From Saprospiraceae bacterium (GTDB lineage: Bacteria; Bacteroidota; Bacteroidia; Chitinophagales; Saprospiraceae): a DNA stretch of 64,000 nucleotides. The translations under genes and the position numbers were made by a program. This document shows positions 59,431-64,000 of this stretch, one piece after another (position 1 is the stretch's first letter; the number at the start of each line of letters is the position of its first letter). Under the pieces are notes generated by a model. The model was not told the DNA's origin. It did not search any database and worked only from the letters and a program-made list of their open reading frames with translations. The stretch covers positions 182,973 through 246,972 of the forward strand of contig JAHDBI010000001.1 in assembly GCA_020630475.1 (NCBI GenBank). The letters run 5' to 3'.

Positions 59431-62400
59431 TTAATCTTTGTTAACCGTAAAATATTTACTATCTGTATGGCTAAAATAATATCCACTAACTGAGGCTGCC
59501 GGATACATCGCGAAGCTTTCGGTTAAGTAGATATTTATATTTTCTTGAACGTTTAATAGTTTAAATAATTTTTCTTTTTCATCATGAACAGGACATGCTG
59601 GGTAGCCAGGTGCTGGTCGAATGCCTATATATTTTTCTTTTATTAGCTCATCATTTGACAAGGTTTCATCTTTAGAGTAGCCCCAATGGTTTACTCTTAC
59701 CTCCTTATGAAGGTATTCGGCGAAAGCCTCAGCTAATCTATCTGCCAATGACTTTAACAAAATAGCGCTATAGTCATCGTTTGCTTTTTGAAATTCTTCA
59801 ACTTTTGTTTCAATTCCTAATCCAGTGGTAACTGCAAAAGCACCAATGTAATCATTAATGTCAGTATCGGCAGGAGCAACAAAATCACTTAAGCATAGGT
59901 ATTTTAAACCAGGAGCCTTTTTACGAGTCTGTCGAAGGTGGTTGAAGGTTGTAAAAACGTCCGAATATTTTTCGTCAGTGTAAATATTGATGTCCTCATT
60001 AACACTTTTCGCTGGAAAAAGACCAAAAACACCCTTGGCTGTAAGCCATTTATGTTTAACAATTTGTTCCAACATTTCATGAGCATCCTTGAATAGTTTA
60101 GTAGCTTCCTCACCAACGATTTCATCCTGAAGAATTGCAGGGTATTTACCAGCCAATTGCCAGCTTTTAAAAAATGGTGTCCAATCTATATAGGGGACGA
60201 GTAAATTTAGATCCAAATCATTCAGCACTTTTACACCGAGAAAATTGGGTCTAGGAGGTTGATAGTTACTCCAACCGCCATCAAATTTATTTTGACGTGC
60301 TAATTCAATAGGGATGTATTCTTTTGTTGATTTCTTGGAAGCCCTATCATCTCTAATTTTATGATACTGTTGTTTAGTCTGTATGATAAAATTACTTCTT
60401 TCACTTTCATTTGAATTTAGTAATGAACTAACTACGGGAACTGCTTTAGAAGCATCTAAAACATACTGAATAGGCCCTTTGTATGCAGGATCAATTTTAA
60501 CAGCAGTGTGGGTCTTTGAAGTTGTCGCACCGCCGATAAGCAGAGGAATCTTCATATTCCTTCTTTGCATTTCACTTGCAACGGAAACCATTTCATCTAA
60601 AGAGGGAGTTATCAAACCGCTTAGACCGATAATGTCTACATTTTCTTCTATTGCTGTATCTAGAATTTTTTTACATGGAACCATAACACCTAAATCGATT
60701 ATGTCATAATTATTACAGGCTAAAACAACACCAACAATATTTTTACCGATATCATGCACATCACCTTTTACTGTGGCTAATAATATTTTTCCTTTTGAAC
60801 TCGACTTGGATGAGCCCTTTTCTGCATCAATATATGGAGTCAATATGGCAACAGCTTTTTTCATAACTCTTGCACTCTTTACAACTTGAGGTAAGAACAT
60901 TTTGCCCGATCCAAACAGATCTCCAACGATACCCATACCGTCCATCAAAGGTCCTTCAATTACAGACAATGGACTTGGATATTTCAATCGAGCTTCTTCA
61001 ACATCCTTATCGATATAATCTGTAATTCCTTTGACTAATGCATGAAACAATCTTTTTTCTACCTCCGCTTCTCGCCAACTTAAATCAACGACTATCTTTT
61101 TACCTTCCCCTTTTATTGTTTCTGCGAAAGCAACTAAATTATCAGTAGCGTTCTTCTTTTTGTTAAATAATACGTCTTCAACTTTTGTTAATAGTTCATT
61201 AGGAATTTCTTCGTAAACTTCAATCATCCCAGCATTTACTATTCCCATGTCCATTCCCGCTTGAATTGCGTGAAATAAAAATGATGAATGCATTGCCTCT
61301 CGAACAATGTTATTTCCTCTAAATGAAAAGGAAATATTACTTACACCACCACTTACTTTAACACCAGGACAAAGATCCTTGATTTGTCTAGTTGCCTCAA
61401 TGAAATTTATGGCATATTCATTATGTTCTTCAATTCCAGTAGCAACAGCAAAAATATTTGGATCAAAAATGATATCTGTTGGATCCCAACTAAGTTCATC
61501 GACTAAAATATCATAGGCCCTTTTACAAATTTCAACCTTCCGTTCTATTGTATCAGCTTGACCATCTTCATCAAAAGCCATTACAACCGCGGCGGCACCC
61601 AAACGCTTTAAAGTTTTAGCTTGTTCTTTAAAGATTTTTTCACCTTCTTTCAAAGAGATAGAATTGACAATACATTTACCTTGTACACACTTTAAACCTG
61701 CTTCAATAACGGAGAACTTAGAAGAATCAATCATAATTGGTAGCTTAGCAATATCTGGTTCTGACATAACTAAGTTTAAGAATGTAACCATGGCATGCTC
61801 TGAATCGAGCATTCCTTCATCCATGTTTATATCAATAATTTGAGCTCCAGCCTCAACTTGTTGGCGTGCAACAGAAAGCGCTTCTTCGTAATTACCTGAA
61901 AGAATGAGTCTAGAAAATTTTCTAGAACCAGTAATATTGGTTCTTTCTCCAATATTGATAAAATTTAAATCCTCTCTAACGACTAAAGGTTCTAAACCAG
62001 CGTAGGTCGATAAAGGCTTAATGTCTGGAATGACTCTTGGTTTTGCTGATTTCACCCCATCAACCATTGCTTTAATATGCGAAGGGGTAGTACCGCAGCA
62101 CCCTCCTATAATATTAACAAAACCACTTTCAGCAAATTCTCGTATATAAGATTCCATTTGGCTTGGCCCTTGATCGTATTCGCCAAATTCATTGGGTAAA
62201 CCAGCATTTGGATGAGCACTTACATAGCAATCTGCAATTTTGGATAATACTTCGACATGTGGCCTCATTTCTTCCGCACCCAACGCACAATTTAAACCAA
62301 CGCTTAAAAGGTCCATATGCTTTATAGAGATCCAAAAAGCTTCGGCAGTTTGACCGCTTAAAGTACGACCGCTGGCATCCGTAATCGTACCGGAGACCAT

Positions 62401-63009
62401 AATCGGTATTTTCTTTCCTTTTTCCTCATGTAATTTGTCAATCGCAAAAAGACAAGCCTTACAATTTAATGTGTCGAATACAGTCTCTACTAGGAAAAGG
62501 TCGGCTCCACCTTCATAAAGTCCTTTGGCTTGTTCGTAATATGCATTGACCAAGTCATCAAAAACGACTGCTCGATAACCAGGATTATTTACATCAGGTG
62601 AAATTGAAGCAGTTCGATTTGTTGGTCCAATCGAGCCTGCAACGAATCTTGGTTTTTCTTTAGTAGTATACTTAGAGGCAGCTTGTTTAGCAATTTTTGC
62701 TGATGCATAATTTAACTCATAGGCTAATTCTGACATGTCGTAATCAGCCATTGAAATAGAAGTTGAATTAAAAGTATTCGTTTCAATGATATCGCTACCA
62801 GCGATAAGGTATGCTTCATGAATTTCCTTAATTACATCTGGTCTGGTTATAGAAAGGAGATCATTATTTCCTTTGATATCCATATGGTAATCAGAAAATC
62901 TTTCGCCTCTATAATCTGCTTCCTGCAATTTATAGGATTGAATCATCGTTCCCATAGCACCATCGAGTACAAGAATTCTTTCTTTTAGTATTTCTTTTAA
63001 TTCTGACAT
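59431..63009 (-). CDS. metH: Cobalamin-dependent methionine synthase
   Basis: 1192 aa. Hcy domain '[11 protein letters not shown]'. B12-binding DxHxxG '[11 protein letters not shown]'. C-terminal activation domain. Confidence 0.97.
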   Translation of the reverse strand: MSELKEILKERILVLDGAMGTMIQSYKLQEADYRGERFSDYHMDIKGNNDLLSITRPDVIKEIHEAYLIAGSDIIETNTFNSTSISMADYDMSELAYELNYASAKIAKQAASKYTTKEKPRFVAGSIGPTNRTASISPDVNNPGYRAVVFDDLVNAYYEQAKGLYEGGADLFLVETVFDTLNCKACLFAIDKLHEEKGKKIPIMVSGTITDASGRTLSGQTAEAFWISIKHMDLLSVGLNCALGAEEMRPHVEVLSKIADCYVSAHPNAGLPNEFGEYDQGPSQMESYIREFAESGFVNIIGGCCGTTPSHIKAMVDGVKSAKPRVIPDIKPLSTYAGLEPLVVREDLNFINIGERTNITGSRKFSRLILSGNYEEALSVARQQVEAGAQIIDINMDEGMLDSEHAMVTFLNLVMSEPDIAKLPIMIDSSKFSVIEAGLKCVQGKCIVNSISLKEGEKIFKEQAKTLKRLGAAAVVMAFDEDGQADTIERKVEICKRAYDILVDELSWDPTDIIFDPNIFAVATGIEEHNEYAINFIEATRQIKDLCPGVKVSGGVSNISFSFRGNNIVREAMHSSFLFHAIQAGMDMGIVNAGMIEVYEEIPNELLTKVEDVLFNKKKNATDNLVAFAETIKGEGKKIVVDLSWREAEVEKRLFHALVKGITDYIDKDVEEARLKYPSPLSVIEGPLMDGMGIVGDLFGSGKMFLPQVVKSARVMKKAVAILTPYIDAEKGSSKSSSKGKILLATVKGDVHDIGKNIVGVVLACNNYDIIDLGVMVPCKKILDTAIEENVDIIGLSGLITPSLDEMVSVASEMQRRNMKIPLLIGGATTSKTHTAVKIDPAYKGPIQYVLDASKAVPVVSSLLNSNESERSNFIIQTKQQYHKIRDDRASKKSTKEYIPIELARQNKFDGGWSNYQPPRPNFLGVKVLNDLDLNLLVPYIDWTPFFKSWQLAGKYPAILQDEIVGEEATKLFKDAHEMLEQIVKHKWLTAKGVFGLFPAKSVNEDINIYTDEKYSDVFTTFNHLRQTRKKAPGLKYLCLSDFVAPADTDINDYIGAFAVTTGLGIETKVEEFQKANDDYSAILLKSLADRLAEAFAEYLHKEVRVNHWGYSKDETLSNDELIKEKYIGIRPAPGYPACPVHDEKEKLFKLLNVQENINIYLTESFAMYPAASVSGYYFSHTDSKYFTVNKD

Positions 63010-63014
63010 AGAAT

Positions 63015-64000
63015 TTAATAATCAAGCTTTTGTCTGTTCAAATTGGCCCTTATACCAGCGCCTATATAGTTTGATAAAACGTTCAACGATTCTACTTCAC
63101 TTTCCTTATTTCTATAAAGAAACTCCAAATCAACATAAACGTTATCGTACAACTCATAACTAGCGTCAAGCCTTAATTGAAAAATATTCGTTTCAATTCC
63201 TTGGCCTAACACATTACCGAAGTCCATTACCCTTGAATCTAAGGGCAACAATATGTTACCACCCCAATTTTGTCCATTGTCTTCTCCATATATTGCGAGC
63301 ATAATTCGTGCGTTAACATAAAACTTATCAAACGGTTTATAATTAAGACCTAAAATCAATTCCTTGAAGTTTGCGCCTAAAGGATGCGCCATTGGTTGGT
63401 TAAAATGACTATAATTTGCTATCGATGTATTAAACCCTTCCAAAGTATCTCTGTGGGTAAACGTATACGGTCGAACATAATTGTATTCCACTTGAGCATC
63501 TAATTGATCTATTCCGAGAACATCGATATATTTAGCGCCTAATTGAAATCCATATTTATTAGCCCACCAACCCGAACCTGAAGTAATCTCACTTAAAAGA
63601 AACTCATCTAAAACCAACTGCCCATAAAATGAGAATCTGTTTAGTACATTCCATTTAGCATTTAATCCTATGATAACATTGTCTGGGCTATCCAAATTAA
63701 ATTCAACAGTACGATATAAGATTACAGGATTGAGATATTGAAGTTCGAAATTATTTTCTCTAGTAAAAAGTACAGTTTCAAATAAGCCTACTTCAGTGTT
63801 TTTAGTTGGCTTAAAGCTTAGATAATGTGACGCCATGTACTTTTTGTCAAGTAAAAAATCTCCAGGATTTTCAGCTTGACTGATAGGAGCTAATTCCGAA
63901 AAGATATTTTGGTATAAAAGCTTCCAGATTTTGGTTCTAAATTTTAGGTAGAAATAATTGTTTCCGTAATCGTCCATGATTAAAGAATTATATCCATCAC
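63015..64000 (-). CDS. Outer-membrane beta-barrel protein, possibly capsule-assembly Wzi family (partial; N-terminus beyond the window)
   Basis: The frame stays open upstream of the tracked ATG (63977) to base 64000. Alternating beta-strand pattern and a C-terminal aromatic residue ('...NRQKLDY'). The Wzi assignment rests on recollection of '[17 protein letters not shown]'-type motifs. Confidence 0.45.
   Translation of the reverse strand, partial: DGYNSLIMDDYGNNYFYLKFRTKIWKLLYQNIFSELAPISQAENPGDFLLDKKYMASHYLSFKPTKNTEVGLFETVLFTRENNFELQYLNPVILYRTVEFNLDSPDNVIIGLNAKWNVLNRFSFYGQLVLDEFLLSEITSGSGWWANKYGFQLGAKYIDVLGIDQLDAQVEYNYVRPYTFTHRDTLEGFNTSIANYSHFNQPMAHPLGANFKELILGLNYKPFDKFYVNARIMLAIYGEDNGQNWGGNILLPLDSRVMDFGNVLGQGIETNIFQLRLDASYELYDNVYVDLEFLYRNKESEVESLNVLSNYIGAGIRANLNRQKLDY

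Noticed and set aside
2392-59486. Long N-terminal extensions in the ORF track (ATG 2451 for manC, TTG 53361 for the WbpD-like gene, GTG 59486 for wza, GTG 31162 for the GHMP kinase)
   Set aside because: The first three extensions overlap the upstream gene by 23-56 nt and add non-conserved residues ahead of the canonical N-terminus or signal peptide. For those genes I preferred the downstream start codons. For the GHMP kinase both starts remain possible.
59421-59500. Promoter for wza in or near the metH 3' end
   Set aside because: Reading the minus strand upstream of ATG 59420, I found no TAnnTTTG/TTTG pair. The promoter location remains unknown.
298-60125. Short same-strand nested ORFs (298-498, 11328-11519, 40635-40826, 47095-47283, 48322-48516, 59904-60125)
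   Set aside because: These are alternative frames inside well-supported genes (GT4, oxidoreductase, 2-hydroxyacid dehydrogenase, cysN, cysD, metH). There is no independent evidence for them.
199-61516. All plus-strand ORFs in the track (60-127 aa, for example 199-477, 3006-3377, 14173-14517, 30747-31130, 42670-42996, 50049-50402)
   Set aside because: Each lies entirely antisense to a long, motif-supported minus-strand gene. Their low-complexity, Ser/Leu/Phe-rich translations are typical of shadow frames in AT-rich DNA. None has a recognisable motif.
63010-63014. Cobalamin or SAM riboswitch upstream of metH
   Set aside because: Only 5 bp separate metH from the upstream gene, so there is no room for a riboswitch aptamer.
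1-64000. Mobile-element or island hallmarks (integrase, transposase, IS ends, flanking tRNA, direct repeats), CRISPR arrays, rRNA/tRNA genes
   Set aside because: None was seen on either strand. Composition looks uniformly AT-rich by eye, though this was not computed. Horizontal acquisition of the locus cannot be supported or excluded from this window.

Overview
AT-rich bacterial window. Gene content suggests Bacteroidota, probably Flavobacteriia-like: a UpxY-type antiterminator, a multi-SLBB Wza and AT-rich codons. This placement is inference. Every credible gene except a 150-bp convergent gene tail at the left edge is on the minus strand. Positions 147-59420 form one uninterrupted Wzx/Wzy-type surface-polysaccharide locus of about 59 kb and about 53 genes. 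Gaps are at most 75 bp and many start/stop codons overlap.

In transcription order the locus holds:
- wza, a wHTH regulator and upxY
- rfbB and a wbpE/D/B-like set
- wzz and ugd
- cysC-cysD-cysN (PAPS supply)
- rfbA and tviB/tviC-like genes
- neuB-neuC, two inserted genes, neuA and methyltransferases
- wzx
- an aminotransferase / ATP-grasp / methyltransferase / CysK-like PLP enzyme / GHMP-kinase cassette
- three sulfotransferases interleaved with glycosyltransferases, wzy, two AsnB-like amidotransferases and an acetyltransferase
- a secreted beta-helix protein
- a bi-domain oxidoreductase / heparinase II/III-like / WbuB triad
- a PglF/E/D/C-like initiating module, wecB, manC and a final GT4

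Upstream lie metH and a partial outer-membrane beta-barrel gene. I saw no rRNA, tRNA, CRISPR, IS or transposase genes.

The most interesting reading is a heavily decorated, sulfated, uronic-acid and nonulosonic-acid containing polysaccharide. It appears to have its own PAPS supply, candidate C5-epimerase/lyase-fold enzymes and an uncharacterised amino-acid-derived decoration cassette. All functions are assigned from motifs I recognised by eye. No database search was run.
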